NCBI GenBank assembly: GCA_013115145.1
Contig: JAAPAO010000139.1
Location: 1 to 64,000, forward strand
Length of the DNA stretch: 64,000 nucleotides
Direction: 5' to 3'
From: Perkinsus chesapeaki ATCC PRA-425
Taxonomy: Eukaryota > Protista > Perkinsozoa
Positions 12,976 to 25,134 of the stretch are shown here, in pieces. The first letter of the stretch is position 1, and every line of letters begins with the position of its first letter. A program made the position numbers and the translations under genes. Below the pieces are notes generated by a model. The model was given only the letters and a program-made list of their open reading frames with translations, was not told the origin of the DNA and did not search any database.

Positions 12976-13311
12976 ATACCAGAGTAAGAGTGGTACATCA
13001 TATAATGGTTTGATTGCATTTTGGTTTAGGTGCTAACAACAACTTGGGGAGCCGCTGTGTTATTGATTATCCCCATGTGTTTAGGCGTTCCGATAACTAC
13101 TGCTATTATCACATAAATGTGATGATGTTCCTCGACCTTTAACAGTTGTTCATTTAACATATTTGCAAAGTTTCCTATTTTCAACTTGTATTGAGTTTTC
13201 ATACTTCAAGTTCGTCGCACAACATACACCCCATTACCTAATCCGAATTCATTAACAAACTCAATTCGACAATAACCTTGAATGATACTCCTTGCAAAAA
13301 CTAAAAGGCTC

Positions 13312-14497
13312 TCATATGTCTACTAGCGGCTGCTCCTTGGCAACTGCACGAAACTGCTCGGCTAGATTACATAGATTTCGCCGAGCAAATGAATATGCCT
13401 TATACGACCTTCTGGGCCGTCCGGAGCCATCCGCGCTCAAACCTAATAAGACGTATCACGCACAAGGAAAAGCACGAGGGGCTTTACCAGGGACAGTCTG
13501 CCGGAAGAATGGAGGGGGTATTAAACTGGCAGGATCGACATCGACCTCGATATCTCCCTCACCGTCTGAGATCGTACGGCTAGTGTTTGTAAGGTATTTA
13601 CTGTTATTACCACTTTCAACTCGGCGCCTCATACTGTTAGCGAACGTTCCTATTATCTTCTGCATCTCATCTGTCTTGGTGAAAGGCTCGAAAGGCGTTA
13701 TATCGAGCATAGCATGATTACAATCAAATGATACGCATCCTTCTGAAAACCCTGAGCCGACCGATTAGTGCGAAAAAGCTGAGAGGATCGCTACCTGTTA
13801 TTCCACCATGGACATCAAATGGTGGGTTGCGGTTAAGCAGATCTAAAAGCTTAGAGTTATACCTGATCCCATGGCATAGATTACTAACTGGTTCAACGAG
13901 TGTTACAATGGATGGCTCTCATCAATGTAGAGGAAACCTTGCCAAGCATAGTAGGGCGTTCGACGTAGCCGACACACATAGCCTAATAACGACTAGTACC
14001 GAGAGAAGTTGCCGCTGCTCATGTTACCCGCATGCTCGAAATCGTAAACATCTGGGTGGATAGCTATATCCTCTTCAGTGGCTGGGTAGTTAACAAAATC
14101 ATCCTTCCAAGGCCCAGTGCATTTCGCAACCTATGAGTAAATAAATTATACCTGTTATATGCAAGCGACTATTACGAATGCATCAAACTGGTCCCGCTGG
14201 GGAGTGGTTAATAATTCCACATTGGATTGGTTCCTCAATAAGCTCAATTGTTTCTCTTTAATCATATCGGTGTCCTCCTCTACACCAACAGATGTACCTA
14301 CATTCCCTATATAACCCTACTAACCTCCCAACCCTATAACCTTTACCAGCATGAGGGCAGCTCTTCGGTCGTTTGTTCTCATCACTAGTATTCTCCACTT
14401 CATCATTATCACTGGAACACTCAGGTATCTTGAGTGACACTGCCACTCTATAGGTTGGCTTCTGACGAGACGATGTTGTTGATTCCGATGTACTCAT
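13312..14497 (-). CDS. Uncharacterised protein with a phage/giant-virus-type domain (HP...VHGGIT...FDCxH..D..P...YK...LAEQ), multi-exon
   Basis: Splicing canonical GT-AG introns joins GYVCRLRRTPYYAWQGFLYIDESHPLYNSKLLDLLNRNPPFDVHGGITGFSEGCVSFDCNHAMLDITP ... SYKAYSFARRNLCNLAEQFRAVAKEQPLVDI*. The first introns are approximate. Confidence 0.75.
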
Positions 14498-14568
14498 GGG
14501 GATTAAAATAAAAAGTCTACCAAATACACTTAACGACGAAGTAGCCGACTAACCAGACAGGATAGGTT

Positions 14569-15627
14569 TCAAAGAAAAGGATGATACATAACAAGCCTAC
14601 TACTAAGACTAGCGAGGCCACTTGAGCTCATGCGTCGGTAACAGCACCGATAAATATTACCACAACCATCACAGGCTGCAACGACATCCAAATGTCTTTC
14701 CGCTGTGTCAAAGTCAGGCCCTTTACGTTGGAGTAGGTAGTCGCAAATGTGATGGCGGCCGGAATCCCTGCCACTCCTGATGATCATCAAGTTACTTCCA
14801 TTTATCCTCCACTTCAACAGTCCATCCGTCCATCGATGACACAACATATGGCATGATCGGAACGAAGGAAATGCATCATCGTTGATTCTAGTAACTCTCG
14901 TGACACGATAAGATGTATTATCTCGGTAACATACGTCAATCGACCGCTGACCTCGGACAGGGAACAGTTCTAGAATCTTGCGTCTATTCCAGAAATACGG
15001 GCCCTTCCCTTGTTTAGGATGTGGCGAGGAAAAAGCATAAGACCAGGCTGGTAGAGCTTTTAGCGTGTCAAGATTATGATCCAGACGTAAAAAACGAAGC
15101 TCACAATAAGCATTTGGTCTAACGAAAGCAACATAAACGCATTCGCCGACGAGAGCCATCTTAATATTGAAGTGATCTTGTTGAGGCTCCACGGGAATAA
15201 AATAGACTTTCCACGTTTTAACGAGGCTCATATGTCGAAGGTCAAAGATTTTCAATTCCGCGGAGCCTTCCTCACCAGCCAGGATTGCTAGACGGCTCGT
15301 TAATTTATCATGGCAAAAAGCATGGCCAACGACGCCCAGTTCCAAAGCGATATCATCGAGAGCGTCAGCCGCTGTCCTGAGCATTTGACGGAGATACCAA
15401 CCTTGGCGACCCTTATTGATATCATAAACCTTTCGAGCATTTACCAGCAGAGGCTGTAGACTGGAGTCGTACAGGATAAGCTCCTCTTTGGGGCAGTCCA
15501 AAGACAAGGTGGGAATGCCTATGAACCCAATAATTGCTTGCTTCACAGAGTTCGGTATGTCAACGCTGTAGGACCTTTCCTCCACGGAACGGAAGTACAC
15601 TGCAAGGACGCTACGAGGCTCTATCAT
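14569..15627 (-). CDS. Intronless lineage-specific protein with N-terminal F-box-like motif (copy A)
   Basis: Uninterrupted ORF of about 350 codons; first ATG at 15627 (MIEPRSVLAVYFRSVEERSYSVDIPNSVKQAIIGFIG); the F-box-like call rests on pattern only. Confidence 0.65.
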   Translation of the reverse strand: MIEPRSVLAVYFRSVEERSYSVDIPNSVKQAIIGFIGIPTLSLDCPKEELILYDSSLQPLLVNARKVYDINKGRQGWYLRQMLRTAADALDDIALELGVVGHAFCHDKLTSRLAILAGEEGSAELKIFDLRHMSLVKTWKVYFIPVEPQQDHFNIKMALVGECVYVAFVRPNAYCELRFLRLDHNLDTLKALPAWSYAFSSPHPKQGKGPYFWNRRKILELFPVRGQRSIDVCYRDNTSYRVTRVTRINDDAFPSFRSCHMLCHRWTDGLLKWRINGSNLMIIRSGRDSGRHHICDYLLQRKGPDFDTAERHLDVVAACDGCGNIYRCCYRRMSSSGLASLSSRLVMYHPFL

Positions 15628-15806
15628 TACCAAAACTTCATGGAACACCACAAGGGAGCTAGTGATCAAATCAACGACCGTTCAAACGCGTGAGCCGAGT
15701 AAACGATGGAAAAATGCTAATTTTGCTATCTCGGAATGAACGGCTAATAAAGTGAATATGCCCACCCACTCACCCAAAGAAGAATTTCCGCTGGTTCATC
15801 CTTAAC

Positions 15807-16911
15807 TCAAGAGTAATACGGATTTATCCTATAGGACATAACAGTGCTGATCAATGTAATTCTCTCCCATATATCAGATATCCTCGACCTGCCACTTGAG
15901 TTTATAAAGCGAGCTCTCCCCTGTGTACCGCGTTGACAGACCGTACAGTTACCGTAGTAATCTACCAACATTTGATCGAACCATCTAGGACACATGGCAT
16001 TTAGCGTCAACATCCATGGATCAGTGAAGAATGATCGGCAGGATTGCGGAAGGTCTCTCCGGCCGTATGTTCGGACTAGGCGTATATGAGAGTTCGTAAT
16101 ACTGGATACCTCAATAATTTCTTGGAGCGGAATGTGCCCTTTCGAGTCTCTGGTGCTCTTTGAAATCTCCTTAAACAGGACATAAGGCATAGACATCGAC
16201 ACTTTCTCTAGGCGAACGAGCGTCCAGGTGTTATCGGATAAGCTGCGAACCTCTACAGCGATCTTTCGAAGATCTCCGCTCTCGTAGGGATCTATGGCGA
16301 AACTTCCAGGCAGTACGCAATCATTACTATGCCAAATTGAACGCGAATAGGTTGCTCCCTGGCCCTCTTCCAGCACTGCAACTAGTACCTCTGAGCCCAC
16401 CCCAGATTGTATACCAACGATCATATGATTATCAATTACCAGCATGCCTTCAATATGGGTATCACTGCACCAGAGGGTCATAAGACCTGCCGTGCACCAG
16501 ACACCAACCTTTTTATTATTCGTCAAATCATACATTAGAATCCTGCAGTCCCAACCAGGGTGGCCGGTACTTAGACAATAGAAGAGAGTAAGGCGGTCAC
16601 GGTGTGGGTCATAATAGACTTGCGCGGGATCTTCTATGCGTACTTGCATAGGGTCGATTACCATAGGGATTGAGGGTGACAGTAGAGTGTTCAAAGTCAT
16701 TCCCTTTTCGCCCTTACAAACCCCTTTTAATACTCCACGGTGGAGGAATATAAAACTTGGGGAACAATTAAGTTCTATTTTATCACCGTATAAGACTAAG
16801 CTAGCCTTGTGACCGACGAACTCGGAGATCTCTCCGAGGAGGTCCGAGATGAGTTGATGACGCCCGACACTATTCCTCCACAGTGATATTGGCAACGTAA
16901 ATCAACAACAT
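15807..16911 (-). CDS. Intronless F-box-like protein (copy B); 5' end frameshifted or non-AUG
   Basis: 362-codon ORF opens on TTG at 16895 (QLISDLLGEISEFVG motif). The nearest ATG (16911, MLLIYVANITVEE*) is out of frame but resembles the start of copy A. Confidence 0.6.
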
Positions 16912-17135
16912 ATTGGAGAGATGGAATGTTAAACTCCGTTACTGAAAACTGTTCGATTTCATGCCTTTCAGCCCCAGTCTCATGACCGTTCAAACGAATC
17001 CGCAATTGCGCAGTTCAACGTTTGCGTTGAGGAGTTGTAAGATGATATAAGTGCGCAAGATTGGCTTCGAAGTGCGAAAACAGTTCTTAGTCGATTGCTT
17101 AGCCGTTGGCCGCTTCGATGAAACAGTTAGCCCTT

Positions 17136-18718
17136 ATGACTAAACTGCCACATAGTGATGATAACCAGTCTACCCTCTCACCGGGCAGTAGGTTCTGGTT
17201 GAATAACTCGGTTACCAAGAGTAAGAGACTGCCCAAACCTTACATTGATGTCAATTATCGTAGACACTAAATCGACATGTCGTTCAATATCAGTAGCTTA
17301 CAGCGAGTGCGTGAAGAACTCTGAAGCCCAGGTTGTCGTGAACAAAGGTGGCTTGACTTATGCACGCTGGAGCATCGATACAACCTTAGCACTTGGCCCG
17401 ATACCACTGGAAGCCTCTAGACAGGAGCGATTGCTGTCATGCTCGAAATCAATTCATAGAAGTATGGGCCCGGCAATATCTCGACTGGACTACTCTAGTG
17501 AGATGGAAAATAGCAAGCTTATGAGCAACGTCATCGGAGTATCTCCGTCAAAGTCCACAACGTTCGGAGTTCGCCCTACCTTCCGTAAGAACAGCTACAC
17601 TAGCATTTAAGAGAAGCATCTACTAGGGGAGGCTGACATCATCAGTGCTGCGGTACAGAAATACAGCGAAGTTAGTCTAGCTCTCGGCAATCGAGCCCTA
17701 CCTACACCACATATTAACTTCGATGAAGCAGCATTCATGAAGTAAAGACAAGACCCGGCCTCCGTTTGATAAACCAAAAAGGCAGGTACTTCAAACGCGT
17801 ACGGTCAACAGGTAATTATAAGGCTTCAGTGGAGGAGCGTGAGCTGCGAGGCCAAAGGAGCCCTACTAGAACGGCTGAGAGACCCGAAGTTAAGAGCCCG
17901 TGCTTGGTACCCAATGGAGATCATTTAAGATTTGTAGTCCCTAGCACTAGGTTGCTCCCCTTCCACCCATCTCCTGTTCTGTTTCGGTGGCTACTGAGAC
18001 AGCATCCTACGAGGACGTACTGCTTTGCACTGACAGGGTTGACAAGGCCACTTCCCCCATTCGTTGGGCAACAACTGGGAATAGCAAGACCCAAGATACT
18101 TACACCAAGACACCGGCTACAACTGTAACAGAACACAGAAGCTCGGAACAGAAGGGAACGTTGAAACCTGCCCGTAAAGCAAAGGCTGTGACCAACGAAA
18201 CCGTGGAGCGCCCTTCACAAGGCTCGATCGCAGCGGCCCCTACCGTGGCGGTCATAGGCGTCGATCAAACTCTGACCCCTGTACGCAGCACAAGTGCCCT
18301 CGAATCAGGCAACGTACGAACACCGTCACCTCGGTCGAAGGGCGAGATAACCTCCGACAACAAACAGGACACTCCTGGAAACAGCAGATTGGTAGCAGAA
18401 CATGAAGGGACGTCACTTATTGATAATCAAGTGAGCTTTCGCGACTCCCTTGCTTCTCTCCCTCTTGTTCCTTATCAGACACCGAAAAGCGCACAATCCA
18501 GTTCCCCTCCAGCACCTTTGGGAGAAGTTCAAAAACTGGTTGTGTCGGTGTTGGAGAAGTACATCAAGGAACAGCCCAATACCAATTCTGGTGATCTGAT
18601 CCAAGAAAAGGATGAGATCATCGTCGAACGCAATCCTCCCGCTGAGCCAGCAGCAGCCGAATCTGCCGGCTCTGCAGACCCCCTGGACGGATTTGACAAG
18701 TGGTTTGGAACTATCTGA
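17136..18718 (+). CDS. Hypothetical Ser/Thr/Pro-rich multi-exon protein
   Basis: ATG at 17136; GT-AG joins link ORF 17245-17610 and the long last exon (acceptor at about 17950), ending DPLDGFDKWFGTI*. Confidence 0.55.
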
Positions 18719-18790
18719 TCGATAATCAATTTCTGAGAGCTGTTCAGATGCTCGAATCAACGCTCAAAAAACGCGCCATCAAAGCGGAAG

Positions 18791-20033
18791 TTGTCATCAA
18801 GGAAGAGATCTGATGCTTCACCTCCTCGAGGGCCCTGGGTATCGACTAGTCAAAATCTGGCACATGCAGATTTGGCGGCTCAAAAAAGGAGAGCAAGCTC
18901 TAGAAAGGAGACTAAAGATGAAAGACAGAAAAGACTGGGTAAAGCAATCATCATAGATAAAAAGATACTCTGCTGCAAGTAGCCCTTGTACATCGTTCGC
19001 CTTCCAAGCCAGTCAAACGGGAACAGAAAAATCCACCCAGTGAGAGCCAGCCTCGATTGAACACCCGCCCCAAACGCGGAATGGAAGGCTGGTAGTTATG
19101 GAGCTCACGCAGCATTATGCCGGTGAAGCATTCCACTGATAAGGTATAGCTGCAGAAGGGCTCGAAGCTTGCTGCGAGAGAGAGCCAAGAAGGAGGCTCT
19201 TTCACAGGCTCGAAAAGAGTCCTATACTGCCTTAGTCAAGCTAGAGTCGGTGGCTAGGCGGCGGGTGGGTGATGGCACGGGGATCCTTACTATGGGTATC
19301 ATGAACGCAGGAGGAACGGCAGCGAAGTCGCGTGCCGAGCCATGTTGTGCAGAAGAGGACTTCTTCTCAGGACGGCCGTGTGACGAGAGCGAAATATACT
19401 CCTGCTCAGGGTAACAGCATCAAGAAGTACTTCTGTGGCTAACTCAAGAGTCTCCCGCAAGGTCCGCGCGAAAAAGATCATACACTACTGCAGAGAACCT
19501 CGACGGCGGATGGTTCCAGTGATAGCCCGCTGCCGCCAACCGGTCTCAGTCTTCGATTGGATGATTTGTCTGCGAGCTTGTCAAGAAGTGCTATATCAAC
19601 TGCACGAACCTCGGTGTCGAGCAGGGAGAGAAGTCGTAGCCGCCAGTGGGTTCTGAGGTCGTTCAATAACGAAGATCCTGATGATGGAGGTGCTGCTACA
19701 ACCCGCCTGTGGGGCAATTTAGCATCGCAAGATACACCCTCCACGCCACATCGCTTGAATAACACTGATAAAGAAGTCATTCGAAGTTGGCCACGAGAAT
19801 ACTCAGATATGATCATCACGGACAGCCCATTGGAGCCCGAGAGTGCAACTGGCCATGATGGCTATGTTAGACCGCCTTCCCGAGGGGCAGAATCTTGGAT
19901 GCCACTCGGGAACACTGGGTGGACCACTCCAACGGAAGAAGAAAATGGTGGAGGAGTTGATAACTCTGAAATTACAGACATCCAACAGCGACTAGGTCAG
20001 TCGGCCGTCGTGCGATCAGACCTCCTTATATAA
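18791..20033 (+). CDS. Hypothetical low-complexity, charged multi-exon protein; start uncertain
   Basis: Protein-like open segments 18791-18982, 19169-19270 and 19557-20033 separated by plausible GT-AG introns. Confidence 0.4.
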
Positions 20034-20911
20034 CTGATAATCGCCCAGGTGCCTTTCGACCACCTTCGCGTGGAGGCCGTTTCTGGCAGGAATTAGGCAT
20101 ATCTCCTCCGCAACAAGATCAAAGTGCCGAGGAGCAGCAAAATGAGTACCGTTAATCTCGGCTGGTGGTAAATATTTCTTGCATTCCACCCTTTGCCCTT
20201 CCTCAGTATTCCCGAGTTTGGAGATGCTGACACCCCCGAACCTCAGGCAGCTGCTGCAGCAGTTTGCCGTTATGCTGTACTTCATCGCTTAGACCACTAC
20301 TCACTCTTCACTTTTTCGTTAGAAATGCCAAAGCGATACGCCAGCTGAGGTTGGCGCGGTGAGAGACGTCGCGAACGCAAATGAGACTAGTCCTCCCTTG
20401 TGCAGCAAAGGTGACCCATAAGCTCATGTTCACAGTGTGAACATGGTGTGGAAATCACACCAGTGGCTCCACGCAACGCTGTAAAGTTGTCGCAAGATAC
20501 CAGCGGGCTAAACGAATTTGCCAGTACATCCTCCGTAGAGGTCATCGGTTGCGAGAGCATCACTAGCATTGTAGCAACTATCTCTTGTCTGCGTGAGCGG
20601 TCTCTCAATAGGATGTCGATATTTCACCTTCTGCCGCTGAGCCATTACTCGCCCATACAGCGAATAGCGAGTCCTTCTCATGCATTCACTGTTCTTATCC
20701 GGACGAGAGTAGGGATGGTGCGAGGAGCCTCCAGGAAGGAGGAGATGAGAGGAACGATACAGTAAACGTCCTTGTTATCACTCAAGGTGTGGCGAAGCAC
20801 CCTACTGCAGATACAGTCGGTCGACAGCTCCCTCATCTCATTACATCGCAGCCTCACTCCGGCTATCAACGAGCTAATATCGGAGTTCTTGGCCGAACGG
20901 GAATGAGTCAT
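20016..20911 (-). pseudogene. Possible degenerate F-box-like or other hypothetical gene
   Basis: N-terminal segment VLRHTLSDNKDVYCIVPLISSFL resembles copies A and B but stops at 20678; downstream frames are broken; a protein-like segment lies at 20016-20285. Confidence 0.25.
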
Positions 20912-22435
20912 CGATAATCCAATTAATTAAAAGTGACCATTTCCTGCATATAGTGTTGGCTGATGTAATTTCTCTGTTCGCGTTGTGAGTTGAATTCAGT
21001 TCATTGTGAGCTCTGTGCCAAGTCTTCCTTGTCTCGATAGGCTATCGACGCCTGCCACGCAATGAGTTCGCTCAATAGGCACCTGCCACCTGAATAAACA
21101 ACAGGACATTGTCCAGGTAGGTACCTCAATTGACGCCGTCTATTCCACAAAAGTGCTGTTGGATTATCCAACTTGGATATAAGTCATTCGTTGGCGCCCA
21201 CTACTATTCTCCCCTGGAATGATCGTTGTATTTCTGCTATTTTCATGATCTAAATATAGTGCTGGTCCCTACGTTAGCTAAAGCCAGATTAGGTCGTTAC
21301 AGGAAGAGCCCCACAAGTAAGAATCTCGCTTCCGCCCATCTTGTTCGTACACGACACGAGATAGCGAACATGTTAATACATACAGGTTCTGCAAGCTACA
21401 TTTGCTGATACGGCCTGTTAAACGCTAGAGCAGTGTTTGTGCATAATAGAGCGAACTTGCTGCATCCACAAACCGGAAATTTTCGCGAATGTCTCGGGCG
21501 AGCTTGTGCAATCAAATCAAGAAAAGGTAGGAAATCGAATCAGCGCATGCCTGAATCACGACTGCCGTGGTTACTGTGCAAGTTAGGACCGAAGTCTCTA
21601 GTTAGGGCAAGTTTCAGACCACGATCCTCTCACAAAGCGCAGCATGCCATCGAAGAGCTCCGTAGACGAGTAGATAGGATACTACGTGCTCGTCTGGCGT
21701 ACAGAGATCGCGATCTCGATCCCCGCGTAAACCGAAATAAATAACGAGCATACAAATTACGATCTTCGAGGCAGCGGAGCCGTCCAGAGGATCTTTCCCT
21801 ATAAGCGGCGCCCTTACAACGCCAAATACGGCCAAAAGTTCCGTGTGTAATAATCAACGACGAAATATTCCAATGCCCTGATGTCATACACCAAGGGAAA
21901 GTAGATGGGTGATGCCACGGACACCGAGGTGCCTCGGGCCGTGAGCGAATGTAGCTCAGATGGACAAAAAGGTGGGCTAATTGGCTAAGGAACAATGTTG
22001 TTGATTTGTCGTCACAGTGAGTCTTCTAGAATACAAGCGGTCGAATCGGTTCGATCAACATAGCCAAAGAAGCACACAATATACTGTAGAATTGACCCAG
22101 TAGCTGGATACCAGTTAGCATTGCTAACTTAAAAACTGCAGTAAGAGAGTCCAGGGGCTTGATTTGACTGCAGCGACGGGGTGTACTGATTACTTTTGTG
22201 ACCAGCAACTCCTGTCTATGTGTATCCGGCACCGCAGATGTCATTGGCCTTCATAAATGACCTCGCATTAATATATCAGTCTAGTGCCACTGGTACTGTA
22301 CCAGGATCGAGTGTCGAAGCGAAAATCCGAAACCATCGGAAACTACCGCTTTTTTCATACAAGAGAGTACCTTGATCATTGGTCAGTCGTGCATCGTTAA
22401 GAGCGCCACGATCTGGCCGATCGTCCGTGGCGCAT

Positions 22436-22505
22436 GGGACAGGTTCCCTGTCACATACCATGACGGGCCGTTAGGAAAAACAGATTGTGACAGGAAACCT
22501 GTCCC
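22436..22505. promoter_or_regulatory. 20-bp inverted repeat whose arms each contain the palindrome GACAGG-N3-CCTGTC
   Basis: GGGACAGGTTCCCTGTCACA (22436-22455), 30-nt spacer, TGTGACAGGAAACCTGTCCC (22486-22505), 1 mismatch; 71 nt upstream of the GNAT-1 ATG. Regulatory role is inferred. Confidence 0.6.
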
Positions 22506-22576
22506 GAAAGTAGAAACATGGGCCGAGTGCATGGCTCGCTTTTTATGGAGCTACCCAGGCTTTCTCGTAAACCCGA

Positions 22577-23955
22577 ATGAACCTCAAAGTGAATCTCCCC
22601 ATCTTGATCCTTGTCCTTGCTGGCTGTGTCAAAGGAGATATATCATTACTATACCACCCTGCCTGGTTATCCGATTATAAGCTACGCCGCCTCCCGAATG
22701 ATGAGATAAACTACAGAGATTATGAAGTTGGTGACACGATGGACGGTGAACCCCTACTCAACTGTGATCCTCCCGACAATATCTGCTACGTGGCCGTGAA
22801 TAGCACTGTGAGTCCTAAGGTAGGTTATAAGCGGTTAATAGCTGAGCTGCCTATTGTCCTTTTACGTCGGTGATCTTCATCACTGCGACTCGATTTCAGA
22901 CAGTTGTCGGCGTTGCTAAAATGAAAATTCCATACCCTTTCGTAGACCCTAAAGTAGCGAAGTTGATCAGAGATAAACTGTAATAACACCTGTTCTCGTA
23001 TGTCGTGATATTCTGCCTATTAGGCCACCTGCAAAGAAAAACGACAAGATTGGTTACCTAGTTTATGTAAGCTTATAGCGGGTAAAATGCGGTGAATACT
23101 TAAATACTCTAGGTTTTAGTCAACTTTTCATCACCCATGTTCCTCTGAAAATCACCTCGTAAAGTTCAGCAAGGCCGTGAGTCGGTCACCGTATTGCTGA
23201 GGCGCCGCCAGTTTGGTGACTTCTACTCCGCATCTAAGGCTATCAGATTTCATGTGACCGAATGCCTTGCATCCAGCCTCGAATTATCCGAGTCGGATAG
23301 TACAGAGCTATGTAGCCTACAATTAGCATCTGCCTTGTCTAGATGAGATAACGGAGCTTTCTGTCTTCTCGATAATGAAGACTTGTGTGAATTGCTGGGT
23401 TTAACAAAAGGTCGAGGAAGTCGATCTAGTCGAAGGAAGGCTGTTAACCACTAGAAGATGTTCAACAGATGCACTGCATCTGTTGCCTCACCCATGCTGA
23501 TCTTCATCCGTCGGACTGCGACATACACGTACGATTATCGTCTCGCCCAAAAATCTCTATAACTTTATATTATCGAGTTACTACGAGCCATTGGCCTTGC
23601 TGGGATTGCCAGTACTCTCAGGTAGGCGTTTCTCCAGGCTCGAGGCGCAGAGGAATAGCGAGTGAACTCATAAACAGGAAGTTCGATATCGTAAGTTGCA
23701 AGGATGTTGCATCATACTGTTACTCTATGCATATATCGAGTGAATAATACTACTTTTGGTTTAGATACGCCAAACGATGCCCAAGGTAGCTGCTATTTAC
23801 CTAGTGGTGCAAAGTACAGATCAAGGTGCCATTACGCTTTATGAAAAAAATGGGTTCGAAACACTCATATCTTCAAGTAGGTCAACCCCACATACACTGG
23901 GCAGGCTTCACTTTTATCAGAGGTATGGACAACCATGGTGCGCTATCTCCTCTAG
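22577..23955 (+). CDS. Signal-peptide-bearing GNAT acetyltransferase, paralog 1
   Basis: MNLKVNLPILILVLAGCVKG leader; spliced ICYVAVNSTTVVGVAKM, GYLVYVGVSPGSRRRGIASELI (motif A) and IYLVVQSTDQGAITLYEKNGF (motif B); ends MVRYLL*. Confidence 0.85.
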
Positions 23956-25134
23956 GATGGCATGCTTTGCTCCTAGACTCGTAATTAGGCGAGCCTAGCG
24001 GGCGCTAACTACTTCATACTAAGCCCTAGAGCAAGGGTGCTGCTCTGACCTTTTAATATGTACTTACCAACCCTATCATAGCGAGTCTATTTCCACTTAA
24101 AAGGGAGATGTTGAGTTATATACGATATACATCAAGGAGTGAATACAGCACACAGCGGGCTTCCGAACAACGCAACATGCATCAACAGCGTCAACCATAC
24201 TAGAGAACTTCTAGGATCTTTCGTGTGTCACCGAGTCGGAGAAAATCAACGGTATCTCGGAGGAAGCGGTTAAGCCATCAGTCGTAGTAGATCGCAGGGC
24301 AGGAGCAAAGCGAGTCTCACCCATTGATCATGGGAGCCAGGACCTAAATTACAGCTACTCCCTACTAAAACTGAGTGCGAGGCATGAGGGGCAGGAGAAT
24401 CGGCCACGTGGTCATTGTTTGCTCGTGCATGTACAGATGCCATCGGCATCATGCCAAGCGGCACAAATACTGCGGCCTAGCACGACCTTCGCCCAATTTG
24501 TGCGGCACAACTGTCTCCCAAATATTCATTTCCATGGAGCCATGAGCATGAGCTTCTGAGGCGCTAACGCAGCGGCTGTGCTAAGAACACGACGTGAGAG
24601 TCACATGGTACAATGCTTCACGCTGTAGTTTTGTAAATATAGTTCGCTATCCTTGATGGGCAGTCAGCCAATAGGGCTTGCGCGGATGCAGAAGACGTCG
24701 TGCCGACGGCGCCACGTTGTGGGCAATGTCCCGCGGAAGGTTTACAGAGGTTTACGGCTCATTACTTCATCGTTTTCACCGCGCAGTGGTAACCTATCTA
24801 TAAATCCATACTCGCTATGCTTCACTCGGTTTTTCAGCCAGGCATATTATTTATTGAACCATTCTGCTAGTCCTCCTCGAGGGGTCGTGATCCATGCGCA
24901 TGCGTGTAGGTCACTCCAGGCACGAATGCTCGGCTCCATGGTCGATTCTTCATGAAGCTCCAGACAGTGGTACCGAAGCGCACCATCCGTGGTATTCTGG
25001 ATAGTCTCGCCGCATCCGAGCGAAACTGTTGAGTTGACGAGCCGTATTTATTATCTTGCTTTACGTCGATCACTGGCTAACTTCTGGGGCGGGAGGTCAG
25101 CTTTCTATTCAGTTACACAAGCGTATTGCTCTCC

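Noticed and set aside
13031-13116. Hydrophobic tail anchor (VLTTTWGAAVLLIIPMCLG) for the dynamin
   Set aside because: The 46-nt intron at about 12864-12909 shifts the frame; the real last exon ends WKKNY* at 12975.
22276-22461. Minus-strand GNAT remnant (NDQGTLLYEKSG, plus RQGRLGTEL near 21030)
   Set aside because: Motif order would be reversed for a single gene and the matches are short enough to be chance.
22577-22630. Bacterial lipobox LAGC in the GNAT-1 leader implying a lipoprotein
   Set aside because: The gene is intron-rich and eukaryotic, paralog 2 lacks it, and eukaryotes lack Lgt; probably coincidental.
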